A stretch of DNA of 64,000 bases. Source: Candidatus Riflebacteria bacterium HGW-Riflebacteria-2 (GTDB taxonomy: Bacteria > Muiribacteriota > Ozemobacteria > Ozemobacterales > Ozemobacteraceae). Shown one piece after another: positions 10,969-20,806 of this stretch (position 1 is its first letter; each line of letters begins with the position of its first letter). The notes beneath the pieces are model-generated. The model was not told the origin of the DNA. It worked only from the letters and a program-made list of their open reading frames with translations, and searched no databases. The DNA is taken from the NCBI GenBank assembly GCA_002839435.1, contig PGYA01000007.1, forward strand, positions 14,756-78,755. Reading direction: 5' to 3'. A program made the position numbers and the translations under genes.

Positions 10969-12081
10969 ATGACGGCACGCCATATCAGGTCGACAAAACA
11001 CCTTGTCACAATCATGTTTCTCCTCTGCAGCTGTTTTGTGCAGGCGGCCACATTGCAGGTTCCCGAATGGTTCAGCCTCACTGCCCGGCTGGAGCGTGCG
11101 CCGGAACTCAACCAGAGCATTGAACTGCAGGCCGAACTGCAGTCTGTTATAGGCACTCTGAATGATGTTCAGATAAGGCTCATTCTGCCAGAAAGCTGGC
11201 AGGCAGAACCGGAATCAGCCAGAATAAGCGTAATAGAAGCTGGCAGTCGGCACAAGGCCGTTTTCAAGGTAACCCCGGGCAGCTATCTGTCGCAGGGTTC
11301 GATTGTTGTCGAAGCTGCTTTTGTGGTTCCCAAAAGCGAACTGATCGCCCATTTTAACCGCGAAATACCTGAAGATGCCGGCGAACTGAGCGAAACCGTG
11401 CGCCGCTGGCCTGATACTACAAAGCGTTACGTCGACATATCATTCGCCCTGACACCCGAAGAAACATTCTACCCGCTGGCTGATGATATGTGGCTCAGTT
11501 ACGACGATAGAATAATCGTGCATGATGGCTTCCGTGGGCCATCTTATTACGAAGACCCCTTGATCAGCGCTCACCAGGCACAAACTGATGTCGAAATGTT
11601 CGGAAAACTTGAAGAATACATCAAGTCTGACCCCAACCTGCTCGAAACAATGCAGAAATCAGGCATAGACGTCAAGCGCAAGCGCTATGACAAACTAAAT
11701 GGCCTATATGTTCTGGCGGTCAAGGCTTATCAGGATAACAGCCTCGATATGGCAGGCAATTTTATCGAGCAGTTTGAGTCTGCCATAAAATCTGAACCGG
11801 CGACGGCATACGAAAACCTGAGAATTGCCGCCGGTAACATCAGGGGCCTTGTATTCTGGGGCAAAGGGCAGCGCCGGCTGGCCGAAGAAGCATTTAAGAA
11901 AACCTTTTACAGCAATCGCAAGCACCCACTGCAACGCTACATACTGCGCAACATCGGTCTGCTCATGCTGGCCGGCAAAGACGCCGCAACCGCCGGCGAA
12001 ATGTTAAGACTGGCACGTGGCTTCAAAAAAGGCTACACATTACTCGACAAGGAAAGCGAGCTGCTTGGCAAGAACAGATAA
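10969..12081 (+). CDS. secreted protein of unknown function
   Basis: RBS AAAGGAG 8 nt upstream of ATG 10969. Signal peptide MTARHIRSTKHLVTIMFLLCSCFVQAATLQ. Confidence 0.5.
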   Translation: MTARHIRSTKHLVTIMFLLCSCFVQAATLQVPEWFSLTARLERAPELNQSIELQAELQSVIGTLNDVQIRLILPESWQAEPESARISVIEAGSRHKAVFKVTPGSYLSQGSIVVEAAFVVPKSELIAHFNREIPEDAGELSETVRRWPDTTKRYVDISFALTPEETFYPLADDMWLSYDDRIIVHDGFRGPSYYEDPLISAHQAQTDVEMFGKLEEYIKSDPNLLETMQKSGIDVKRKRYDKLNGLYVLAVKAYQDNSLDMAGNFIEQFESAIKSEPATAYENLRIAAGNIRGLVFWGKGQRRLAEEAFKKTFYSNRKHPLQRYILRNIGLLMLAGKDAATAGEMLRLARGFKKGYTLLDKESELLGKNR

Positions 12082-14538
12082 ATGGACGCAGTAAATGAAC
12101 TGTTCAACGACCTGAAATCTCCTGATCCGGCGATCAGGTTTTCGGTTCTTTCGCGAATCGAAGACATGGCCTGGTCAGATGAGCATAAAGAGGCTTTTCG
12201 CAAGATTTTTGCCGGCGAAAAAGACCCTGGCATTCGTTTTCACATGCAGAAAGTTCTCGCCAGGCTCGATAGCGGCGACAAAAACCGCGGCAGCCTTGAG
12301 GCCATTGAAGAACAGCTGCAAAACCCGTTGCGTGACGAAATAAACCTGGCCCTGATGCTGGAATCGGTCAAGCGCAACGAAGCCGCCGCTGTGGCCGAAA
12401 GCCTGCGCCGTGCCGAATGGCCAAAATTCTCGCAGCAGCTGCTGCCCTCGGTGTTAAAGTTTCTCAAAAAATACGGGGCGGCAGAAGATACGCCGGCCAT
12501 CGAAAAACTGTGCCGTCACCATGATCCCCGCGTTCTCAGCGCTGCCATCGAAGCTCTTGAAAAGCACAACCCCGAGCGCCTCAAAGCCCTGATAGTTCCG
12601 CTGCTGATCAACAGCAATTTCGGTATCAGATCGCGGGCCGTGCGCCTGCTACATCGCTGGGACCCATCAGAAGCATTGCGTCACTTTGAGTCGATGCTGT
12701 TTTCGAATCTCGAAACAGAGAAACATGCGGCGCTTTATCAGGCGTTCTTTTTTCCTTTCAAACAGATAGAGACTCTCATGTTGCGCTATATAAGTGTCGA
12801 GAGCGAGCCTGAGATGATCAAAAAGGCCGGACTGATATTTATGACCAACCCGGAACGCCACATTCCGGCCCGGCTGCTCGAGGTTCGTCAGGCCTGCACA
12901 GGTATCAAGCAAAGACTGGTCGATGTGATACTCAAAGGCGTTCTGCAGTCACTCTTTCAGGCCAGAATAGTAAATGCCGCACCAGAACAGATGCTGCAGG
13001 TGCTCGAAACACATTTCAAGGAAAAGCGCATCAGGCTTTTCATAGATCACCATGGCAACGCGCTGAAGTCGCCAGAAGCAGCTGTGCGTCTGCAATCAGC
13101 CCTCAAGCTGAGCGAAATCGCAAGACGCGGTGCTGAAGAAGCCAGACAGGTGGTCGAAGCATACCTGCCGCACGAACGCGACCTTAACAATGTCAGAAAA
13201 GTCAGATATTTTCTTGAGACCGGTCAGCTTGAAATTCAAAAAACCGCTGAAACTGAGCCTCCAAAGCAGCCGTCACCGCCAAAGCCTGTGCCAACCGGAG
13301 CATCAGCCAAGCCCGCGGCTGAAAACAAAATTTCGCCGGACTCCGGGGCAGCCGTCGTCAAAACCGAAAAACCAGCCAGTAAGACTGTCGAGAAGCGGCT
13401 CTTACAGGAATATACCGCAAGAGAACGGCAAAACTTCATTTCTGCGATTTCTGCTGAAAACTACGAGCAGTACATGGCTATTATCAGACCATTTTTCCGG
13501 GAAATGGACGTAAATGAGCAGATAGCGGTGATCAAACGCATCGAAAGATTTGGCGGCCAGTCGGATTCAGAGCTTCTCATCGGCTGTCTTCATAGCGACG
13601 ATGAAAACATTCTTGAGTCAACCATTGAAGCTCTCAGCGTCATCAACCCGGAAGCGCTGCACCCCTATCTGCCACAGCTTATCAAGCATCGCTACGACGA
13701 AGTAAAGCTGGCGGCCATAAAGGTTTTTTCGCTGTTTGACAAAAAACAGGCCATCTCTCTCGTCGAAAACATGTTGCTGTCTATCAAGCCGGCACAGCGC
13801 CAGACTGCCTTATTCTGCCTCGGCAGTTTCGACTATCACTCGGTCAGCCAGATTCTTATCAATGCCTTCAAAAGTGAGAATGACAGCGAAAATCTGAAGC
13901 AGATAAGCTCCATTCTGCGCTCAAATGCCGACGAAGACACTTTTTTCCGACTGTATGTAGACTACCAGGCCTGCAAATCTTCAAAAAGGGACGAATATGA
14001 GAAACTGTGCCGGGAACTCGCCGCCACAATCGTCGAAGCTGAGCCAGGCCGACCGATAGAGGCACTTTTCTCTGCCGGCGAAGAGATGGTAGCCGAAGAA
14101 GAGCGCAAGAAAACTGAACGCGCCGCCTATAAACTCGAAAAAATTCAGAAAATACGCGAAAACGTCGACAAAACAGTGGTCATTGATGCTTCGCTGGCCA
14201 GATTTACGGTTATCTCTTATGGCGTTGGCGCAGTATTGACCGCGCTTATCTGGTTTCTCTTTCTGGCGCCACCACCACCGCTGCCGCCTGATGCTTCGCC
14301 CAGGGCAACAACTGCCCGCAAAGTTATGGAGACAATTACCATAAAAGGACGAGTTGTTATTTCAGATAAAGCTCAACGCATTGTCGCAATAGAAACTGAA
14401 CCGGGCAGATTATACAAAATGCAGCTGCCCGAAAACTTCGGCAGGATGCCTGAGCCCGGTTCCAATTTTCAGGCTCAGATCAGAGCTGAAAAAGACAGCA
14501 GCGGCGAAATAGCGGCCGAATTTCTGACCGCCTTCTGA
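12082..14538 (+). CDS. HEAT/PBS-lyase-like repeat protein with a C-terminal TM helix and a small extracytoplasmic domain
   Basis: Repeated DPxxR/IRxxA HEAT-like units (DPAIRFSVLSRI, DPGIRFHMQKVL, DPRVLSAAIEALEKH, DENILESTIEALSVI). TM segment FTVISYGVGAVLTALIWFLFLA is followed by PPPPLPP and a ~100-aa tail. Confidence 0.55.
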   Translation: MDAVNELFNDLKSPDPAIRFSVLSRIEDMAWSDEHKEAFRKIFAGEKDPGIRFHMQKVLARLDSGDKNRGSLEAIEEQLQNPLRDEINLALMLESVKRNEAAAVAESLRRAEWPKFSQQLLPSVLKFLKKYGAAEDTPAIEKLCRHHDPRVLSAAIEALEKHNPERLKALIVPLLINSNFGIRSRAVRLLHRWDPSEALRHFESMLFSNLETEKHAALYQAFFFPFKQIETLMLRYISVESEPEMIKKAGLIFMTNPERHIPARLLEVRQACTGIKQRLVDVILKGVLQSLFQARIVNAAPEQMLQVLETHFKEKRIRLFIDHHGNALKSPEAAVRLQSALKLSEIARRGAEEARQVVEAYLPHERDLNNVRKVRYFLETGQLEIQKTAETEPPKQPSPPKPVPTGASAKPAAENKISPDSGAAVVKTEKPASKTVEKRLLQEYTARERQNFISAISAENYEQYMAIIRPFFREMDVNEQIAVIKRIERFGGQSDSELLIGCLHSDDENILESTIEALSVINPEALHPYLPQLIKHRYDEVKLAAIKVFSLFDKKQAISLVENMLLSIKPAQRQTALFCLGSFDYHSVSQILINAFKSENDSENLKQISSILRSNADEDTFFRLYVDYQACKSSKRDEYEKLCRELAATIVEAEPGRPIEALFSAGEEMVAEEERKKTERAAYKLEKIQKIRENVDKTVVIDASLARFTVISYGVGAVLTALIWFLFLAPPPPLPPDASPRATTARKVMETITIKGRVVISDKAQRIVAIETEPGRLYKMQLPENFGRMPEPGSNFQAQIRAEKDSSGEIAAEFLTAF

Positions 14539-14594
14539 TTTGTCGCCAGCCCTTTTGCATTGACTTGCCGGCAAAAAGGCTATATATTTTTTCC

Positions 14595-14945
14595 ATGAGT
14601 AACTTTACCGTCAAAACAGAAAATAACAGCGACATTTTTATCGTGCGCTCGAGCGGTTACCTCGACGAAAGCGGCGGTGCTGCAGTCTTTGAGGCAGTAC
14701 AGAACACCCTGCCGGATGACTGTCACAAGGTCATTCTCAATCTTAAAGACTCACCGGTCATCAACTCACAGGGAATCGCCCAGCTCATCGAGCTCAGCGA
14801 AATAATCGTCGATGACAAGGGCGGGGAACTGGCTTTTGTCGGCCTCAGCGACCTGACTTATGGCGTATTTAAGATGGTAGGCCTGCTGCAGATGGGAAAC
14901 CCCTTTGAAAGCGAATCTGAAGCAATAGAAGCGATGCGCCAGTAA
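14595..14945 (+). CDS. STAS-domain anti-sigma-factor antagonist (SpoIIAA-like)
   Basis: About 115 aa. Contains the STAS pattern VILNLKDSPVINSQGIAQLIEL...ELAFVGLSDLTYGVFKMVGL. Confidence 0.65.
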   Translation: MSNFTVKTENNSDIFIVRSSGYLDESGGAAVFEAVQNTLPDDCHKVILNLKDSPVINSQGIAQLIELSEIIVDDKGGELAFVGLSDLTYGVFKMVGLLQMGNPFESESEAIEAMRQ

Positions 14946-15015
14946 AGGTAGACGAAAAGCTGTAAATCAGATATATTTAAGGTAAGGTACACAAAAAGAC
15001 AAGGAGGTCTTAACT

Positions 15016-15801
15016 GTGGTTATCAAGGCAACAAATTCCAACAGGCTGCACAGCAGCCTTATAAAAAGTGAAGAGGCCAGAAGCAAAACCCTCGACCGAC
15101 TGGCAACAGGCAAAAAAATAAACAGTGCCAGCGACGACCCGGCCGGTTTATCAATGGTGATGAGCCTCGAATCGCAGACACGAGGTCTGCTGATGGGCAT
15201 TAACAACCGCCAGGACGAAATTTCCCTGCTGCAGACTGCCGAAGGGGCTTTGAGCTCGACCGGCGACATGCTGCAACGGATGAATGAACTGGCAGTTCAG
15301 GCTGCCAACGGCACATTGACCAGCGAAGACCGCAGCAATATTCAGCTCGAAATAGATCAGCTGGCACAACAGGTCGATCAGACTGCCAGCAACACCGTTT
15401 ACAATGATAAAAAGCTGCTTGACGGCAGTTTCAGCATTGAACTGCAGGGCGGTGAAACCATGTCGCTGCCGGCCGCCAGTGCCGAAGCACTCGGAGTAAA
15501 TTCGCTGAATCTGACTGCCAATGCCGAACAGGCAATTGGCCAGGTCAGTCAGGCCATCAATAACGTTGCAACCCAACGTGGCACGATCGGTGCCACCATC
15601 AACGGCATAAGTTCTCAGATTGCCGGGCTGCAGAGTGAGCTTATCAACACAACTGCTTCACAGTCACGCATCGAAGACGCCGATATCGCGGCAGAACTGA
15701 TCAACATGAATATGCAGGCGCTACAGTCCAAAGCAGCCATACAGGCGTTCAAAATGCAGGACGAAAACCGCGCGACCGTTCTCAAACTCATCAACGGCTG
15801 A
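15016..15801 (+). CDS. fliC: flagellin (short, 261 aa)
   Basis: GTG start with RBS AAGGAGG. The N-terminal flagellin signature is RLATGKKINSASDDPAGLSM. The C-terminal signature is QSRIEDADIAAELINMNMQALQSKAAIQAFKMQ. Confidence 0.8.
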   Translation: MVIKATNSNRLHSSLIKSEEARSKTLDRLATGKKINSASDDPAGLSMVMSLESQTRGLLMGINNRQDEISLLQTAEGALSSTGDMLQRMNELAVQAANGTLTSEDRSNIQLEIDQLAQQVDQTASNTVYNDKKLLDGSFSIELQGGETMSLPAASAEALGVNSLNLTANAEQAIGQVSQAINNVATQRGTIGATINGISSQIAGLQSELINTTASQSRIEDADIAAELINMNMQALQSKAAIQAFKMQDENRATVLKLING

Positions 15802-16278
15802 TTACAGTGAGAGTGGTTTGAATTCCGGCTGAAACTTGAGCGGGCGACTCGCGATCGCAGCCTTTACCTGCTCAATGCTTTTGCCATGCCCCATCCCCGA
15901 GAAACTGCCGTCCGCTTCGACGGGCCAGCTGCCCTGAGGCGAGTTGAACACTTCATAATGATTATCGACAGCGCGCAAAAAAAGCAGGTAGCTTTTGCCT
16001 TCAACGAAATCGACGTTGTCTTCGATGCCGCGCCAGGTTCGGATTCTGATTTTTTCACCGGCGGCACTACCACCCTTGAGGCATTCTTTTATCTCAAACA
16101 GGCTCGCCACAACCTCTACCCCGTCAGTTTTCGTTTCGCCAGCCCGAACGCCGGCGATTCTGCCGCTCACTACCAGATCAGCACCCTGTGCGAGCTGCTC
16201 AAGACTCAAAGTTTCAATCATTGCATATCCTCCCATGCTCAACATCACCAGAAACAGTGTCAGGGCGAGATTTTTCAT
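15802..16278 (-). CDS. small secreted protein of unknown function
   Basis: RBS GGAGGAA before ATG 16278. Signal peptide MKNLALTLFLVMLSMGGYAM. Confidence 0.45.
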   Translation of the reverse strand: MKNLALTLFLVMLSMGGYAMIETLSLEQLAQGADLVVSGRIAGVRAGETKTDGVEVVASLFEIKECLKGGSAAGEKIRIRTWRGIEDNVDFVEGKSYLLFLRAVDNHYEVFNSPQGSWPVEADGSFSGMGHGKSIEQVKAAIASRPLKFQPEFKPLSL

Positions 16279-16382
16279 GCTTTCCTCCATCGGCGGGCGT
16301 CTGATCGACTCCAACATTGTAACAGTTTTTCGCGACGGGATAAAGCGTTGACAATAACGCCCGGGGTTGAGATTATTTAATT

Positions 16383-18494
16383 ATGCACTCAATGCTGTCT
16401 CGATCATCAAATTTAATAAAACGTAATGGCTTTGCCATAATGTTTGCCGTCGTCATCGGCACTGTCATGCTTATTCTGGCAGTGTCACTTTACACATTCG
16501 TCGGGCACCAGCACACTGGAATTCAAAGCATAGTCAACGGCGAAATCGCGCATTTTCTTGCTGAAGCAGGCATCAACAGCAGCATAGGCTCAGTACGTGA
16601 GGCCGTCGCCAAAGTTATGTCCGGCACTTCGGGCAACCAGCAGCTCAACGAAATACTGCTAAAACCCGGTGATCTCGATGATGTCTGTATCAATGACATG
16701 CTCGATGCCAACTGGAACCGCGACCTCGAAGAGTTTGCGCGCGAAATGGACAAAGATGCCTCGATCAAAGTCGAAGTCTGGCTGAGAGATTTCAGCAACT
16801 GCGAAACCGCGCCTGGCAGCTGGGCCGACCCGGTTGCCAAAGACGGTCATCTGGTAATTGAATCGACAGGCACCTTCAAGGGCAGCAGCCGGGTAATTCT
16901 GGTCAAGCGCAGAGTAAGAGTGGGAAATACCGTTCCCGCCTGGCTGAGCAAGTTCAGCCTGTTCGTCAACGATGCCGCCCGCGCCGGCGAAGGCGGCTTC
17001 AACCTTATCCGTAACGACTACCGCGGTATGATAACCGACGGCCCTAAGGCGCTGATTGTCTACAACCACGCCACCCCTGACGCGCCCTTCGAGGCCGGCA
17101 ACATGAGCGATATTCTGCGCGAAGAAGGCGATAAAGACATCTGGCAACGCCGCGGCTGGCTCTGGATGGGAGGCCGGCGCAGCCGGCTGAATCTCTGTTC
17201 CGGCGCCGGCGATCTCGGCGAAATATTCCATTTTTACGATGTCAGCAACCCGAATATCTTTTCGCCGGTCAAGTTCTCGACACCGGCAGAAGCTCTTCCC
17301 GAAGCTTTTTCTACGTCGCTGATGATTCCGTGGGACAAAAGCGACACCTCAGTCCGCCAGGTCAGTTACAGATTCGGGCACAGTTTCGTGCTCGATGGCT
17401 TTCACGACCGCAGCAACCGCAAAGAAAGCGACGCGATGTACGAAGGCAACATCCTTTCAACTGGTGAAAAAAACTCCTATTCATCTAAATCATCGATTCT
17501 GCACCTGTTCGGTGATGCGCGCAAGGGTTACCAGTCGCGCACCCGCGTGTTTGGCAACGTTCACATCGCTTTCCCGCGCTATGCCAGCCTTGAAGTAAAA
17601 GCTGACGAACCCGACGTCGAGGCACTCTTTACCGCGGTCAACCCGCCGCCGCTTTATCTGCTGCCTTCGGTTTCAGAGAGCGCCTGGCACAATTCGATCA
17701 TGATTCAAGACATCATGGGCCGCAAGTTTGGCGGGCCGTTACTGCAATCAGGCATGCTCTGCCGCAGTTACGCTGACTACGCGCAACTGATGAGCCGAAT
17801 CAGCGAACTGCCTTATGCTGAATCCTACAACAGCATGCAGGACGTCTACAGTAATAAGGCCGGCCGGGTGTTTCCATCAGATGCCAGCATTCTTGCCATG
17901 GACAACGGCCTCAACCTCGAAATTTCGCGCGACAGTCACGTTTTTTTCAAGGGCCGACCGACAGCACAGGGACTGCTTCAGGTTATAGACAACCGCACAC
18001 AAATCGAAGTCGATTCGATAAACGATTTCTGGAAACGTTTTCTCAATGAGCGCGATGAGCTTGAGCTCAATGCCATAGTCAGTATAAAGAATCCGCGTCA
18101 GCTCGACATGCAGATTCCAGCCGCCGGCAAACCACAACCGATGACAGTAAAAGGCGGCGGAATGATCATACTCCGGCAGGGCAACCTGGTATTGCGCGGC
18201 ATCAGCTGTGCATCACCCGACGAGGCACTGACCGTCGTTCTCGCCGGTAACGGTTCGGTAAGCTTTTCTTCGACGCAGCCCAATCATGTAAACATTGTTG
18301 CGCCCAACGCCGAGCTGGGTTATGGTTCTAAATTCGACATGTATGGCTCCATGTGCGTCGGCTCTATCTACGCCGACCATCGTTTTCAGGGCGGCACCCT
18401 GCGCTTTCGCCCCGGCCAGGATCCTGCCACTTCCGGTTACAACCGATATTACAAGGTATTTATCGATCCCAAGGATTCATTCTGGAATGAATAA
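16383..18494 (+). CDS. large (703 aa) PilX/GspK-like minor pilin / putative pilus-tip protein
   Basis: N-terminal anchor KRNGFAIMFAVVIGTVMLILAVSLYTF is PilX_N-like with no Glu5. It is followed by a large globular region and lies directly upstream of two canonical pseudopilin genes. Confidence 0.5.
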   Translation: MHSMLSRSSNLIKRNGFAIMFAVVIGTVMLILAVSLYTFVGHQHTGIQSIVNGEIAHFLAEAGINSSIGSVREAVAKVMSGTSGNQQLNEILLKPGDLDDVCINDMLDANWNRDLEEFAREMDKDASIKVEVWLRDFSNCETAPGSWADPVAKDGHLVIESTGTFKGSSRVILVKRRVRVGNTVPAWLSKFSLFVNDAARAGEGGFNLIRNDYRGMITDGPKALIVYNHATPDAPFEAGNMSDILREEGDKDIWQRRGWLWMGGRRSRLNLCSGAGDLGEIFHFYDVSNPNIFSPVKFSTPAEALPEAFSTSLMIPWDKSDTSVRQVSYRFGHSFVLDGFHDRSNRKESDAMYEGNILSTGEKNSYSSKSSILHLFGDARKGYQSRTRVFGNVHIAFPRYASLEVKADEPDVEALFTAVNPPPLYLLPSVSESAWHNSIMIQDIMGRKFGGPLLQSGMLCRSYADYAQLMSRISELPYAESYNSMQDVYSNKAGRVFPSDASILAMDNGLNLEISRDSHVFFKGRPTAQGLLQVIDNRTQIEVDSINDFWKRFLNERDELELNAIVSIKNPRQLDMQIPAAGKPQPMTVKGGGMIILRQGNLVLRGISCASPDEALTVVLAGNGSVSFSSTQPNHVNIVAPNAELGYGSKFDMYGSMCVGSIYADHRFQGGTLRFRPGQDPATSGYNRYYKVFIDPKDSFWNE

Positions 18495-18930
18495 GACACA
18501 GCGTAGCGGCTTATCAATGATTGAAATCGTCTTTTCGATCGGCATACTTGCCCTGATCATGCTGCCTGTGTTCATGACGTTTTCGAGTGGCAACCGCAAT
18601 ATACAGCTGACAGACTCAGAATTCAGGGCACACACAGCCGCGATCGAGCTGATGGAACAGATTGTTTCGCTGCCGTTCGGCCAGATAAAAAGCGGTGAAT
18701 ATGACAGTGACACGATTATCGACGGCGGGCAGTTTGCCGACGGCCCGGTTTTGTTCAAGCTTTCGCCAGTCGAAGATCTCAGGCACACATTGAAAATTGA
18801 GGATATCAAACGTGACGGCAAAACTCTGTTCAAGAAAGTCACGGTAACGATAAAGTTTGCCGCGGCGCCTGGTTCAGACCGTATCCGCGAATTTTTCATG
18901 AAAACGCTGGTGGCCAATGAAAACCTGTAA
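18487..18930 (+). CDS. pseudopilin (prepilin N-terminal motif)
   Basis: Start MNKTQRSGLSMIEIVFSIGILALIML contains the G-LSMIE motif with Glu5. ATG 18487 overlaps the stop of the upstream gene. Confidence 0.6.
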   Translation: MNKTQRSGLSMIEIVFSIGILALIMLPVFMTFSSGNRNIQLTDSEFRAHTAAIELMEQIVSLPFGQIKSGEYDSDTIIDGGQFADGPVLFKLSPVEDLRHTLKIEDIKRDGKTLFKKVTVTIKFAAAPGSDRIREFFMKTLVANENL

Positions 18931-19498
18931 AACCCGGGCATTTACACTGGTCGAAATTATTGTCGTCTGCGGCATAGTTACCGTTTTTCTCGGCACGGCC
19001 ATTATGCTTTTCACCAACTTCCGGCGAGGCTTCAGCCGCAGTGAAGGCACGGCGGTCCTGATGCAGGATGGCGCCCTCTTTCTGGCGCGCCTGCGCACCG
19101 ATCTTAACAACGCGGTTATAGCGCCCGACGCTTCCGGCGGCACCCCGGCCCAGATCAATACAACTCCCGATCAGCTGAGCTTTATGGTTTACAGCAGTCG
19201 TGAGGCGAAAGCCCTGCCGGTAATCTACCGCTATCTGGCCGCAGAGAACGGCGGCAGTATTTTTCGGCGCGAGGGCGGCGAGAAAGAGCGCGAACTGATA
19301 AAGGATCGCGTCGCATCTCTCACCTGGCAGACCGAACTGGAAAGGTTTGTAGAACCTGATAGTACTGGTTCCGGCACCATAAGGCTCAGCATTGGCCTCG
19401 ACATGAAACTTAAAATGAAAAGTGGCGACGAGAAACCTTTTTCGCTGAAAACCTCTATTTTCCCGGCCCGTCTCAATCGTCAGCTCAACTCGCCCTGA
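18917..19498 (+). CDS. pseudopilin (prepilin N-terminal motif)
   Basis: MKTCKTRAFTLVEIIVVCGIVTVFLGTAIML carries the classic A-FTLVEI motif. Confidence 0.65.
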   Translation: MKTCKTRAFTLVEIIVVCGIVTVFLGTAIMLFTNFRRGFSRSEGTAVLMQDGALFLARLRTDLNNAVIAPDASGGTPAQINTTPDQLSFMVYSSREAKALPVIYRYLAAENGGSIFRREGGEKERELIKDRVASLTWQTELERFVEPDSTGSGTIRLSIGLDMKLKMKSGDEKPFSLKTSIFPARLNRQLNSP

Positions 19499-19577
19499 CC
19501 TCTGTCACTTTTTTGCAACAAATAGAAGGAAAATTTCGTATAATTATACAGGCGAATGTACAGGGGGAGGTATTTAT

Positions 19578-20789
19578 ATGACACAGAAATGGCTGATCCT
19601 GGTGAGCATACTGCTTTTCACTGCTTTTGCTCCAGTTTATGGGCAGAGCGGCAGTTATCTCGACAGCATCTACAGCGCAGACGGCCAGGGCACCTCAGCC
19701 ATAGCTGACGAACCCGAAACCCGATATGTAGACGACAGCGATAATCCTCCCGAAGTCGTTGACGTCCCGGAACCAACTGGTGACCCGGCACAACAGAAAG
19801 CCCTCGAACGCCTGCAGAACATCATCAATCAGATCATGCGTATAATTGGCGGTAAAATGTGCGGCGCCAGAATTGTCGTGGTGGTAATTCCCTGCGAAAA
19901 AATAGTGCCAAAGCCCAAGCCCCCGGTAACCAGCACATCGACTTCTACTGCTACCTCGACCTCGACTGCGACCTCTACCGGCACGCAGACCTCTACCAGC
20001 ACAACCACTTCGACAAGCACGCAGACCTCGACGAGCACATCGACTTCGACCGCCACCTCTACTGGCACGCAAACCTCTACCAGCACAGCGACTTCGACCG
20101 GAACTTCAACGGCGACGGCGACGGCCACTTCCACCAGCACCGGCACCAGCACGGCAACAGGCAAAGAAGCAGTACGTGCCGCTATCCGGCAAAAATACGG
20201 CATAAATGCCGCCGATGGCCAGAATCAGACCTGGAGCGAAAATCAGCTGCGGGCAGCTGACGAAGCACTTGCTTCCTTACCATCGTTCTTCCGCAAGTGC
20301 ACCGATACAGTCTATCGTGACGGCCCGCCATACGACTCGAGAATACCACCCAGCGCCGCGGCCTATGTTATAGTGCCTCAGCACAAAGTTCATATGCTCG
20401 ATCTCAGCGCCCAGATGACACAGGGCGCCTACAATTCGCTGGTAGCGGCCTATGGACGCGCACCAACCACCGAAGAGCAGATGGCCTATCTCAAGCATAA
20501 TTTCAAACGCACTCTGGTGCATGAGATGACGCACTGTTTCCAGAATACCTACCCACAGGTCATGCAGAACTGGAGCAGACAATTCTGGCCGGGTGGCCGC
20601 CTCGTCGGACAGTGCCCAACCGGTTATGGTCGCACTCAGCCGGTTGAAGACATGTCAGAATCGGTAGCCACCTACTGGACCGGCGGCTCGATCAAAAATG
20701 GCGTATTCGTTTCAAGAAGCGGTGCCACCATGGATCTCGAACGCTACAACTTCATCAAGCAATACATCATGGATGGCAAGGAATACTGA
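19578..20789 (+). CDS. secreted HExxH zinc-metallopeptidase-like protein with a Thr/Ser-rich linker
   Basis: RBS GGGGGAGG. Signal peptide. A ~75-aa (T/S/A/G)n linker. The C-terminal domain has LVHEMTHCF (HExxH) and a downstream EDMSES motif with a candidate third Zn-ligand Glu. Confidence 0.55.
   Translation: MTQKWLILVSILLFTAFAPVYGQSGSYLDSIYSADGQGTSAIADEPETRYVDDSDNPPEVVDVPEPTGDPAQQKALERLQNIINQIMRIIGGKMCGARIVVVVIPCEKIVPKPKPPVTSTSTSTATSTSTATSTGTQTSTSTTTSTSTQTSTSTSTSTATSTGTQTSTSTATSTGTSTATATATSTSTGTSTATGKEAVRAAIRQKYGINAADGQNQTWSENQLRAADEALASLPSFFRKCTDTVYRDGPPYDSRIPPSAAAYVIVPQHKVHMLDLSAQMTQGAYNSLVAAYGRAPTTEEQMAYLKHNFKRTLVHEMTHCFQNTYPQVMQNWSRQFWPGGRLVGQCPTGYGRTQPVEDMSESVATYWTGGSIKNGVFVSRSGATMDLERYNFIKQYIMDGKEY
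19927..20160. repeat. degenerate tandem repeat of ACN/TCN codons encoding the Thr/Ser linker
   Basis: Repeated units such as acctcgac / acctctac / acttcgac are visible in the sequence. Confidence 0.7.
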
Positions 20790-20806
20790 GCTGAAAGGAT
20801 CAAGCA

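Noticed and set aside
15151-15576. 141-aa antisense ORF inside the flagellin gene (plus similar antisense ORFs within hrpB, the RND permease, the giant pilin gene and the cyclases)
   Set aside because: They overlap high-confidence genes on the opposite strand and have no start or RBS context. Their composition is typical of antisense readings of coding sequence.
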